DNA of 64,000 nt, taken from NCBI GenBank assembly GCA_035084275.1, contig CM068749.1:16740001-16804000 (forward strand), written 5' to 3'. Below, in pieces: positions 36,235 through 49,256 of the stretch. Under the pieces are notes generated by a model. That model saw only the letters and a program-made list of their open reading frames with translations, was not told the DNA's origin and searched no databases. The position numbers and the translations under genes are program-made. The stretch comes from Hydrolagus colliei (taxonomy: Eukaryota). Every line of letters starts with the position of its first letter. Within the stretch, counting starts at the first letter, position 1.

Positions 36235-39200
36235 TTATGCCTCAGCACAGTCACTGTGGGAATCCACAGAATGATGGAGGTCAAAACTCAACAGTTGGCT
36301 CACATAGGTATCTGCTGAGAAAGCGAAATATGCTTCATGAACAGTTTTGAACATATTTGGTTAAACAAACACACATATGACTACATATAATTAAAATGCA
36401 CACTATATATACATAATAAATAAGTCAAGTGATGATTTTTCCATATTGTTTGAATAATAATGCACTTGGAAATTAAACTAGCCACAGAATTCCAACACGT
36501 CACACCATTTCCTATCAATACAATTGATCTTGCTTTCTGCAACAACAAATGTTGTTGATTGCCAATTGTCGTAACTCAAAAGCATTTTGTTACAATTAAA
36601 TTAAATTTGAGAAAGAAAATACTACAGTATAACATATGTAATTACATCATTATTAGCCTGATCGGTGCCTTGGGATGTCCTCCCGACATGAAAGACGCTC
36701 TATAAATGTGTTTTTGTTGATACGAATGGACAGTTCGGATGTTTTAATTCTTAAATCGTACTTTCATATTTATTTAGAACATTACTACCAACCATCACTT
36801 TCACAGCTTTGTATTTTAAAATTCAACATAACAATAACTTCCTTGAAAAAGATCCACAAACTTACCCGTGGGTTCACAATGGAAAGCAACACTGACAGGA
36901 ACTTTTTCAGTTGGTGGACACCCAGGGAGACAGCGTTGGACTGGCTCTATTGGAGAACATCTGGACTCCCTGCCTCCAAACCTCAGTGGTGATTCTAATT
37001 CTACAAATGCACTCTGAACTTTGCATTCTGAATTAAAAGAAAAAAATGCATAAGGAATGGTTCAGGCATTTTTTTTGTTTTTGTGAGATAACATGATTTA
37101 AAAATCAGTCAGAATCTCCTACCATCCTGGCAGGTGGTTCCTGAACATAGCCACGACTGGAAGAAGATATCAACGCTTTGAGTTTGGTTGTGATTTGGCA
37201 TGATCATCTTTCTCTCCCCATCGTTATGTCCACAAATACCACATGTCTGTTTATTCATCTGGTTCACTACAACCTTAAACCACAGTTGAAATAAAACATG
37301 TATTAGTCACGTACATTTCTGAACAATCTACTTGGAAAATGTTCTGATCAGTTGGGTGAGCTACCTGCACTTTGACTCCATCGAAGTATAATAAGTCCAG
37401 TTGAATGTGTTTTGCTTCCAAAATAATTCCAGTGCCATTTGTTCGAATCTGGACAATACCTAAATTAGAATAAAGAAAACAACTCCAACAATGTCCTTAA
37501 ACCATGTGGTGTCAAAAGATAAGCGATAATAGGTAAATAATTAAACTTTTGTGCACATAAAGCTGAATTGCATTGGAAGTCTCACATTTTTGCTAGTATT
37601 TCAGAAAACTGTTTCAGGAAACATCTCTGCTACTGTTTACCAGCCAATGCAGTAAACACTCACCTTGTTCAGTTCTTGGGAGCGAGCTCACTGGGCACTC
37701 CACATTATCAATTAACAGTTTAATATCTTGACTTTCCGGATATGCTTCAATGACACTGTTTGGAAACAAAACCACAAATTCTGTTTAAAGAACTGTAAAC
37801 TTCCAGAAAGGCATCAACAGTAAAAAATATAATTGTGTGATGTACATGATCTCAAGACCCTCAAGTAGGATTTATACATGTATCTAAGGAAAATTATGTT
37901 GGTTGCGTTGAATGTGTGCTATTCTTTATCCGTCATTCATTTATTATTAAGGGATCAATAATGTCCAGTAACTAGAATGATGCAAACAAAAAAAAGTCAA
38001 ATATCATAAATATAAACCTAAATGTACAAATATCAAATATAAACCTACTCTATAAACCATGTGCATTTTCTTGAAGCAAGAAAAGAGTCAAAGTCAGTAA
38101 AAAAAAATCATTTGTAATGTTACTTACAGATTGGGGTTTGACATTAGGAGCTTTATCGACTTCTTTGATTGAATCTTCGCACGTTTCATCAATAAAACAA
38201 ACTTTGGAGCACTTGAACAGTCCTGTGTCAGGACATAATAGCAGTTATTAGGTATCTGATATTCTAACTGGGCGTTATCAAATGAAAGTACCTTGTTTTG
38301 TTCTGCTGTACATTTCCCTGCAAAAATACAAAATACTGTAAAATATTACACAATTTGGCAATCTACATATTAGAGTCTAGCAATGTAGTGATTTCTAACA
38401 GAATACTTTTATAAGTAAGCCAAGGGTTCCTTAAGATGGAAACAAAATGGAAACTCATTTATAACTTTCTAATTTGTGAGACATCTGAATGCAATTGATT
38501 TGGAATGGAATGCACTTGATGTATCATACTACTGTTTTTTTAAATGAATAAATCCACTCAGAAATTGACACAGATGATTACCCAAAATAGAAGCTGTACA
38601 ATTTTTATTTCAAATACAAATAAAATGAACTGAACTTTTTGTATTTCAAATAAAAATAATTGCTTATTACGTTAAGATACTTTACACTGAGTTAATTTGA
38701 AATGTCCTCATTGTCATAACATAGACAAATATAGTGGCAAATCTGTGCTGGTGAAGTCCCACAAACAACAATGTCCAACTAATTACTTCATGTAAACTTG
38801 GATAGGAAACATTTTTGGGTATCAATGGTAGTAATCTCTGCTGGTCTTAAATAATGGTAGGAACAGCAATCTAGAGTAATAATAATCCTTTTCACATCTT
38901 CCAGACCTCTCAAAGCGCTTCACAGAATACACTGTAAAGTGAATTGACTATATGTTTGTGAGTGAAACGCAGCAGCCAATTGCACACAGCAGTGTCCTGC
39001 AAATGTTCTTGGATTGGATGACCAAATGATTAAAGTAGAAAATAAAACATTTTCCACACTTTAATGCAACACAAAATATCCTTCCCATGTTAATATGTTA
39101 GAATAAACCCCGAAGGCGCCTCACTACATTGTTTTTTAGTTAAAATTATTTAACGAGATTTAATTGAATTAATCATTCGGTTATAGTTAATTGAGATTTA

Positions 39201-42200
39201 GAGGCGAAACTTGGAAGTACTAATTACGTTGGTTCACTGTAAGAAGTAGGTCAGGAATTTCCATGACGGATCTGAATCCTCTTGCTTTTATCCATGGAGA
39301 GACTGCACTAATGGGAATTGATAAAGGAAATTGGGCACCTTGATAGTAGACCGTCATCTGAAACAGAAGCAAAGGTTAAGTGTTATTCTGATGCAAAAGC
39401 AGTTATCAGGTAACTTGTAACAAAGAAATATCATTTGAAGTACAATGACATAAAGTAAATATAGATTACAATACCTTGGGTACTTTAATAACGGAATCAA
39501 TGGATTGTGGTGTTTTTAGAATGACCAACATTGTAATCTGACGAGAAGGATTGCTTTGATATCTTTGGGACATTCCTGACAGGTAGGCAATTCCTGGTAA
39601 TGCTTCTCCAACCCTGAACCCAGATAAAAAGCATCATTAAGCACGTCGCTTTCTGCAACATAGAAGGTGCACGTTAAAGCAAAATAAATGTGTGATTTTA
39701 AAGCTTACATTCTTCCACTTGATTTCAGCCAATCAGGAATCCTGGACCATTGCAATTTGACCTTAATTGCTGGGTGGCTTGAAAACTCACCAATTGAAGC
39801 CTTAACAGACACCTCATAGTCCTGACAGTTTTGACCCCATCTCAATAATACCTAAAGAATTTTTTTTGAAAGGTTAGATTTACTGAATAATGAGAAATAT
39901 TCTCTATGTAGATTCGAGTAGCTACAGTAGAATTGTATATTACCATTGCTTTATGTCCATGAGGCATGATACCGTCAGCACAAATTTTCCACCTGCTGTC
40001 TTCAGCCAGTTCCACCATACGCAAGTGAACCCTGGGTTGATGATCTGAAACTTCTGTAAATCCAGTGATCTGATAGCCTTGCTGTTTCCTGTCAATCCTT
40101 ACAGCTCGAAGAAGGATAGTGAGAATAGGGGAACCTGTGCTTCTGATGAGCTCACCCTAGGGTTATAAATAAATACATTTTAAAGTGATTAATTGGACTG
40201 CAGATCATCTCAGTTCTCAAGCATCCTGGAACTATACTGTTGAGCAGAAAACAAACCTGGCGAGATAATCGAAGAATTGATGAGCTGCTGCTGCTGCTGC
40301 TGCTGTGTCTTCGCTGTGTACCAGAGGATGGATTTCCTCCTGGAAAACTTCTCATTGACATTCTTGTGCTTGAGCGCTAAACAGTTCAGAAGTAAAGTCA
40401 TCCATGATTATATTGTGGATACAGAGGTCATGAATTGGGGCAAAATCTTTTATTTTTGATAGTTGTATTAATTATACAGCATTCGTCTGTGTTGGAAAGC
40501 TCAATAATCATAAAATTCTCTGGATGAATCATCATAAATTAAAAATGTATTTCCCTAGAAGGGAAGGCCAATAAGAATTACATTTGTATTTGCAGCAATG
40601 TTTTTAAGGAATGATCAGTAAAGTAATAGTGCGATTCTACAGTTGGATCAGGCACTTGTTTATTCATATTTTATTGGACACATTTCTGTCGTAGTTCATT
40701 GGAAATGATTTAGCAACGTTGTTAAATGTAAGAGTTCAATTCATAAGAGATGAATGTATCGCCATGATTTTTGGTCAATATACATTTTGCGCTGGATTCT
40801 TACAGTTTGCTGATTCTCCCATTGCATTAGTCGAATGACTTTTGAAGCTGCTTTGGATCCTGTCTGTATTTCTAGTACAATTGTTTCAACTTCTGACTCT
40901 GAGTGAACTGCAAACAAAAGGTTTATTGTGATTCATGCACTGCCAACAAAATTGCTTAAATGCAAAATGTGCTTTTTAAAATTTATTTACCTGGTCTTAC
41001 TAATATTGTAACAGCATGCTCGCCTATCATTGTATACAATGGGGATGGTCTAATACAAACAGCATCTTCGATTGATGCATCAAGGCAAAATTCAATCCCC
41101 AATTCACTTATTCTGGAACAAATCTTATATGTAGACGTCCTTGCAACTTGTGATCGTTTCCTCTGTTCAGTTTCCTCTGATATTATTTCTGAAGACCACT
41201 GAGCCTGCAGACCGACAAAGAAATGTCACATTTTTCCATTGGCATATAATAGAATTTTAAAATCACAGTATATTAAAAAAAACTAGGAACACAAGTCCAG
41301 TACACAGGAAATAGAAAACAGTGGGAAGGTGTATAAGAATGGAAACGTGCATATAAGACTGCTCAAAAATGAAAGCAGAAGTCTCCAATTGAGAGTTTGG
41401 TAGAGTTCATTAAAAAGTTATTGTGTTGTATTGTGCATATTCAACACAAATATTAAATATTATGAAAGTCATGCTATTGCATGTAAATGAAAAATCAGAG
41501 GTACTTACAGTTGTTTGCCTACTCTTTCTGGATGACCTCTCTGATGACACAAAGGCTTGGCTTGTATTTGTATTTGCTGGTAAAATTGGCGTCATTTTTG
41601 TCGCAGCCAAATTTTCAATATTTCTTGAAACGGCATAAACCTGTGACCTGCAAATTCAATATAAATATTAACATTATTAAGATAGCAAAAGCAATACTGT
41701 TTTTAAAAACAAACAAACCTACGTAAACAATATAAGCAGGGTCCACCTAGTCTCTCTGTGATATGTACACTGAATAGCACTGAGCCATGTGAAATGGCTG
41801 AATTCTTGGTCTGTCTTGCTATTGTTCGCCTCAGGCACATTGATGCTATAATCGGTTTAGGTTTCCTCCCTATCCCTCTACCCCTATAAGGAAGATGGGT
41901 TAGAATAAATTGACATAGTTCCTTCTTCTAATCAACAATAACAACAACAAATTAAATTTGTATAGCACCTTTCACATCAGGAGGACATCCCAAAGCGGTG
42001 GACAGTCAGGGATCTACACCCAAATGGCTGGTTGGGATCAGGATGGATGGAGAGCATAGAAGATAGGGGTAGGAGGGTGACTGAATGCACAGTCGAAGAG
42101 AAGTATCAATGTTCAGTTAATCTAAACTGAAAAAATATATATGTATAGGCATGGGCCTTAAGTAAGGAAGGATTCAGCTCTGCTACAATAGGTTCCAATC

Positions 42201-45200
42201 ACAAAAGAATGCAGTCACCAACTGGGTTCCTATCTGAAAGCAGTGGCTGCTGTCATTGATGGTATTGTATGCCAAGACGAAACAACGCTTTCAGGGGATT
42301 AAAAAAGAAAGACTAAATTTTATAGAAAAGAAAAATAATGAAGACATTTGACTTCAAATGTTTACAGTGAGGAAGATAATATAAATTACTTGAATGATAT
42401 GATCCGGTTCTCCTTTTGAGCTGGTTTACTTTCAATCTTCAGATTTCTTTCTTTTAGATTTATTCTCACAGCTACATTTACTGGATGATCCATACAGACT
42501 TTTGCTTGGAGTTCCACACCTGCCTGGATAAAAGGTGCAATAATTCCCATGAAGGCTTTGGTGTAAATGACTACACTGCAAAACAACACAGAAACCATTA
42601 GACAAAGATTTAACATAGAGAAGAGATGAATACATACAGAAAAATGAGATCCTTCCACTGCTACTGTTTAAATTTCAACAGAAATCAAGTGGTATTACTC
42701 TTCTTTTTTTTTTACATAAACACATACCTTGGGTTGATTGTTGTCTTCAATTGAATATTGGCATTGAGCAACTGAAAAATTGAAGAAATGTAGGAGGGAG
42801 AGATGCGTGCTTGAACTGTTTGAGAGAAAGGAATGAAATGAGTTAGGATCAAAGATTTATTTCCTGCAACATGTCCAATTAGTGGCATTTCTCTGTTAGC
42901 TTCTATATCTATATGAGTTGAAGTTCCTTAACAGATAATGATTCTTATTTCACATCTATGGAAAGAGCATGCCTGACCCTTAACTCAAAACAACCATTTT
43001 TATTCTGCTCGAAAATGAAAGCATAAGTCTCCAATTGAGACTTTGGTAGAGCTCATTAAAAAGGTTATGGTGTTGTATATTTCCACTATAAAACGAACTG
43101 TGGCTGTGGTTATCTAAGAGCCCTTTTCAGGAGTGGAAGCAAAGAAATTAGAGACAAAGTATAAATATGCTTCTCACCATTTGCTGTGGCCACTGTTACA
43201 ACAGATGAATGAAAGGACAGTTCCATTGGCAGACCGACACTTGTGGCTATAACATGTCGTATCTCAGCTGCTAGCAATGCTACAGAAACATGTAATCCAA
43301 TCTGGTTTCTGAGCCGATCCACAAATTTCCTTAATCCAGTGAGTGCTTTCGATCCATGAGTGTCTGTCTGTACAGTATAGAAAAGTGAAATGAACCGTGT
43401 GTCGTAACAATGATTAGAATGGGTGGCTGCACAGAATCCCGCTCAGATCAGCTCATTTGGACGTACATTTACAAACATATGTTGTATAGCTCTCTGATAC
43501 CTGAGTGGCTTCCCGGATGTCATCTTTTTTGAATTCAACAAAGGCTATTTCTTGACCAAGTAATCTGATGTATGCTGACACCAAAGGCACTTCTTCAGGC
43601 AAAGCTTTCCATCCAGCAAGCTGGAAAATCAAAGACATTAGGAACCAAGTTTTGAAGCATGCAAATATATTACAAAGACAGTATTTGTTAACCAGTGAGC
43701 CCTTCAAATTTGTTCTCACCATTTTTAAAATACTCTGAATCTTTTCAATATTTGGTTTTCCACTGAGTGTTACGCGATTTCTCAATAGGGCTCCCTGAAG
43801 ACCTTCTGCCCGCAAGCCAACCTTGGTGGTTTAAAAAAAATCAATTTATTATACTTAATCCACATTCCATGTAGACAGTAAATCCATCGTGAATTTGAAA
43901 ATCCGTTTCACATTGAATTTTATGAGGCGCTTGAATTCTTCAAATTAGTGGTCCATTACCTCCACAAGATTTACTGAGGAGCCAAGGGCATAACCATGAA
44001 TTTTTCCCAAGATTGCTGATGGGATTGCGTTGCCAGCATTGTTTATTAGAAGCATTTCAGCAGATGCTCCTGTCATTAGATTATCTAAAAGAAATAACAA
44101 TGAACTTCTCAGTTCTTCCAGTTGAAGTTTACAATTGTGTTAAGCTGTAAAATTTATATTTGAACTTAAATTGTCTATATTAGAAATTGAATTGTTTTAG
44201 ATACTAGAGAAAGTAACACTGCAAAATAATATTGATTAGAAATTGCCTATTTCCTGGATATTTACAAGGCACCCACAATTAACGGTACTTGACAAAACAA
44301 AAGAAAAGACAATTTTACAAATTTAATGAAATTTAATAATACGCTCTCAATTAAAAAGTCTCTTTTAAACACCCCATTTAATCATAAATTTAATGTTGCC
44401 TTTAGAATCTTGCTAGAACTTACATCTGAACATATCCATTCGGAAAACTCTGCTGTATCGGGAACCAAGTTTGTCAAGTCTGGAGCTCAGGAGTTTGATG
44501 ACTAGATTGCAGGATGCCGCCCTGTTAACATGAATTGTTAATGGATTATCAATAGAGGCTACACATGCAATTTTCCACTGGTCAAAACAGAAAATTATTT
44601 TTAACAGGGTAAATAAAATTGCCACCGGTTGCAAAGTGAATTACATAGTGGACATAAATTGATGATTATATTAGTAGAAAAAGGATGACGTTAGAAGGAT
44701 TTTTTTTGCACAGCATTTAAAAGGAAATAATATGAGAATGGGGGGAAAAAAATGATTGGAATAGGATTAGAGAAAATAAATACACCAGGACCGATTGGCA
44801 GCTTTCTAGGCAATGAGGATTCTGTGGTATAGTATTATACTTACAATGATCTGGCAGATGGCAGTGAGCTTCTGGACAGAGCTCTCATATATGAATAGGT
44901 AAAGCTGGCAACCTGTAAACTGGTCTCCTTCAGCAGTGAATCAGCTACTGCTGTCACTAAAGTTAAACTAGGTTTGGTAGAAAACAGCACAGCGCAAGCC
45001 ATAATTCGTACTTCGGGATGATTCTTTCGATTCATGAATATCTTTACTGTAATATCTTGTACCTGTCTCAAACGGAAAAAAAAGAAAGAAATGATCAATA
45101 AAATAATAATATCAAATGTATAGAATATTTTAGTCAAATTGCAGGTTCGGTAAGAATTATTTGAGTTAATGGAACTTGATAGTTAACCGGAGTTGTGGGT

Positions 45201-48200
45201 ATACTGATTTTCGTACCTTTCGTGGGTCTTTCATTGCAATGTTACGCAGTGTAGATACCGCATCAACTTGAATATTTAATGGAAGATGCGTGGCTGCACT
45301 TCCAAAATCAAGCAAGTATTTCTTTATATATTTTATACTTGAAGGCTGTCCTGCATTACCTATTGCTCTGAGGCTGAGAACAATGTCATGCTCATGTGAA
45401 TGATGATCAGCTTCAATGAGCAGATTATGGAGTGGCTGGAAGAAAAAAATCTCAGGTAGAGTCTTGTGGAACCCATGTGAACTCAATGGCAAACCAGCTA
45501 TTAATAATATAATAATAATTCTTGCGTTTGATATAGCACTTTTCATGTCTTCTCAATGTCTCAAAGACCTTCACAGAATATACTGTAAAGTGAATTGACT
45601 GTATATTTGTGGGCGAAACAAAGCAGTTTACAAAATCACAGCAGTTTACCTGAAGGGCATCAGAGGGGCATGTTTGGTGAACTGCGCAGTACCTCATCAC
45701 AACAGAACCATATCCAAGAATCACAATCTGGCGAAGAATGGAGGAATGCTGCACATGAGCAACACTAAGTAATTCCTGCAAAGCAAACATTAATTAAGAG
45801 TAACTTTGATGCACAGCTAAGCATCAAATTCATGTTGAAAATATGAGGGAAAAGGTTTTTTGGTGTGGCTTCTCTCTGAATCTCAGGTAACTGTAGGTCT
45901 ATACTCACTTTAGCTACAGACACACTCTGCCGGTCAGCTTTGAGTTGCTGCATTGCAAGAATTAAAGCCTGAGCGACCTCAGTGGCTTTCATTTCCGAAT
46001 ACTGAATCTTGTGTTTGAGAAATCGCAGGGCATCAGCTGTTCCTACAGCAGGAAGTGCATCCAAAATCCAGTGTCTACATTTAAGAAACAAGGTGAAAAC
46101 ATTTTCTTGTTCTATATTCCCCTACAAAATACACAGGGTTTAAATCCCTTGCAGTGAATCCTGTGCAGCTATTTAATACAATGTCCACAAATGACTTACC
46201 AGTGGATCGGATATAATTGGATCTATTATATCAAATATAAAGTATGTATGTGTTTGGGTTACCTAAATTCTTCTCCAGCCATAGGTGAATGGGGTGCTTG
46301 GCAAATCTTAACCAGGGGAGAATAATGTGATTATGTGGTTTACCTGTACACCCGTTTCGTGGCATAATTCTTCCACACACTATCAATGATTTTATCTGAT
46401 GCTGTACGCAAAAGCTGCACAAGCTGCAGAAATTGATTTGGAGCATCAGAATGAAGTCGTTCCTGGTTGTTCAGAGCCAAATGATTTAACGTTTCAATGA
46501 CCTATATTTAAAAAAAATTACAAATAACATGAAATGAAAGTGCACTATATCACACAGGGATAGGGGGCGACACACAATATCGTGTTGATATTTACCTGGG
46601 TTTCCAGAGTTTGGTATTTAATTAACTGGATCGGTTTCTGGAGTATATCACTATCCCAGTGGTGTTTCAAAGTTCCATAGCTCTGAAAATCAACTTGTGG
46701 TTCAGAAACTTTTGCAGCTATGATATCATTCAGAGTGAAGTGTTGTCTGAAAAGAAAAATATTATTCAGAAATGTACCATAGTTTGTGTATCATCATTCG
46801 ACATTCAAACAGTATTATATAGCCACAATCAGAGCACAGTTAATTAGAAATGGAAATATTAAGATAATTTTGCTTTGCAGCAATTTATTGCAACATTGGC
46901 ATAATCTGCAACCATATATAATTATAAATCTAACTTATAACCCACTACACTTGAATAGATTCAAAACATCAAAATTGTTTGAAATTCGAAGTAAACCTAA
47001 ATATACATGTTCTGCAAATTCCTTGTGAATTAATAATCTAATCATTGGAATCTTACTTTGCCTCCATAACAGCAGTTCCATCAAGTTCATGGAATGGTGT
47101 AAACTGATGTATTTCCCGTGATTCAATCTGAACAATGAGTGCACCAGATTCTTTAGGTTTCAGGGTATAGGTAAATGTCGCCATACTGCGTAAATTCTTG
47201 CTTCTCTAAAAATAGTAAAATAACAATATAATTACCATTCCATGTAATTCTGCTCATAAAATTAAAATGGTTCAAAATGCCTTTATAAACCATGTATTAA
47301 ATAGTTTTTGTTTAATCTCACACATATATTTTTAAGTACAACATAAAGATAATATCTGGAATAATAGAATGAAAAGCTAACAGTTTTACCTGCAGGCAAG
47401 TAGGGCATGGCATTGTATAAGCCATACCAATTTGCTTCAATGCCCTTTCCTGACAATTATCCAGATCTTTTGATTTTGTTACAAAAATATGGTTGGCCTT
47501 CCTGTTTTCTTGAAGTATGTATTTTGTATGGCAGATGCCTTCAATTCCAGTCTGGAGGTGAAAGAGACAAATTGATTTATTGTAGAATGTGTGACATGCA
47601 AAATGTTTGAATGTGCTGTGAAGCCTGAATGTTTACCTCTTGTAACTCATAGACATTTTGTGTATTCTTTATAGTGATCTGCAGCATATTCAAAATGCCT
47701 TTGTGGATGTTGAGTATGTTTTCAGGCAAGCCTTCAGCGGCATTAATATTTCCCACTCGGCCATTGCTGTATTCAAACTTCACAGGTTTGGTCAGGTCGG
47801 CTGCCAGGCTTTCTGTCAATTTATTTGCTGCACTTAATGGGACATTGGGCCAAACACCATTGAGCTCCTGAATCTGAGGGTCTGTGATCTGAAAAACAAA
47901 TGAACCCAAACCATACAAACGGTCAAAGCTGTGCCAGGCCTGAGAAATAGCATCACATCAATTTTGAAAGGAATGACACATTACCCAGTTTTGGTAATTA
48001 ACCAATGAGGTCTGTAGGCACAGTGTACGGGCCACAGAGAATTATAAAATGTGTTTGTTATAAATTAGAAAGAAGTTTGCATTCTTCATTTTTGAAAATA
48101 TTGCAGAGTCAAAATGGATAATGAAATGTTCTATGATTTTCCATTGGTCCACCGTAGTAGCTACCTCTCTTTGGGAAGAACAAGAAGCCTTGGTCAACAA

Positions 48201-48921
48201 GTCTCTGGACAAATTGATCATTCTGTTTCAGGACTCTGTTGTACACAAAATGGCGTGTGATTCAATTCAGACTGAAAACTTTCACTAATGTGGTTGGCAC
48301 AATCCCAGTTCTATTTTCTCAGTAGAGAATGGTATCTGCCTTTGCCACTTGTGTGAGCACGTGTGATTTTTGTGCTTGAGAAACAACATTACATAAATAA
48401 CCAGTTGTAGTTCCTGTCTTTTAGTTACTTTGCCAGTTCTATTTACAGCATCACATTTTTATTTAAATTGCTGATCATAATAGTATTTGAAATCTACTCA
48501 CATTAAGAAGGTGGATTCTTTGCGTCAGTCTGCTGATTTGAACTCCGCAGGTAATTTTTAAACCTGCTTGGTTCAAACCATTTTCAGGAAGTCCAGTTAG
48601 AATTATGCCTTCATACTGGTAAACATATGTTTTTCTTTCATCAAACCTGGGTGCTGAAATCAAGTTACAAGTAACAGTACTATATTGAGTAAAACACTTG
48701 AATTAAAGTCATGTTGAAAAACTATTTTTCAAACAAGAAAATGACACTTACCAAGATTTCTCTCACTTTCTGGAATTGAAGAACATATACAAATGAAAAC
48801 AAATAATCTGGTACTGTATAAAATATCTTAGAATTTTAAAAACAATTACAACTAGGAAGATCAATATGTTTATTAACTTACCCACAATGGTCAAGATTAA
48901 TAAGAAAATAATTCCCCTCAT
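36235..48921 (-). CDS. vtg: Vitellogenin, right (SSX2IP-proximal) copy (vtg-R); 33 exons, lacking phosvitin exon 23 and exon 24, retaining LvL, vWD and C-terminal exons
   Basis: ATG 48921 (MRGIIFLLILTIV), stop TAA 36235-36237 (..SVDSHSDCAEA*). Approximate exons: 48882-48921, 48752-48769, 48502-48653, 47637-47888, 47390-47551, 47058-47205, 46596-46746, 46343-46501, 45910-46075, 45650-45775, 45217-45435, 44845-45062, 44424-44521, 43959-44084, 43719-43821, 43501-43620, 43178-43367, 42728-42815, 42390-42575, 41509-41648, 40991-41204, 40804-40907, 40257-40376, 39944-40156, 39709-39851, 39475-39613, 39228-39357, 38128-38317, 37663-37755, 37365-37459, 37123-37273, 36866-37027, 36235-36314. No in-frame stop or phase conflict found on manual translation. 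Confidence 0.92.
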
Positions 48922-48929
48922 GTTGACTG

Positions 48930-49039
48930 ATGAATGGTACTTGGTTGAATTGGTTTCATGAATTTATACTAGATAGTTCTCTTCCATGTATGTGCTTATT
49001 TGCTGACCGATGCTCTTTTCAAATCAGTACCAAAGTTCA
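48930..49039 (-). promoter_or_regulatory. vtg-R core promoter: canonical TATAAA (48963-48968) and CAAAGTTCA (49031-49039)
   Basis: TATAAA lies ~30 nt upstream of the ATTCATCAGTCAACATG leader; the HNF4-type motif is at the same relative position as in vtg-L. Confidence 0.7.
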
Positions 49040-49222
49040 TCAAAGATTAACAATTTGATTTTAAATCATTTAAAAAAATTATTTAGTGTATATTAAAATA
49101 TCTTGGTTCTAATAATGGTGATCTGCAGGTATGTAAGATAAAGAAATGTTTTTATAATAAAACTTTTTTTGTTAAACAGTAAACAATTAATTGGGTTAAC
49201 TTGTGTTAAATTCCGTTGCAAA

Positions 49223-49256
49223 AGTTACAATGACCTGGATTGAGGTCAGTGTGCCC
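49223..49256. promoter_or_regulatory. Tandem pair of imperfect EREs (vtg-R)
   Basis: AGTTAcaaTGACC (49223-49235) and GGTCAgtgTGCCC (49244-49256), 21 bp apart centre-to-centre. Confidence 0.65.

Noticed and set aside
40277-40310. Poly-Cys or poly-Gln ORFs from the (CTG)n tract
   Set aside because: The spliced frame encodes the Ser run of vtg-R exon 25.
36235-48921. vtg-R as a pseudogene
   Set aside because: All 33 exons translate in compatible phases without stops, and TATA, EREs and a polyA signal are intact. Expression is still unproven.
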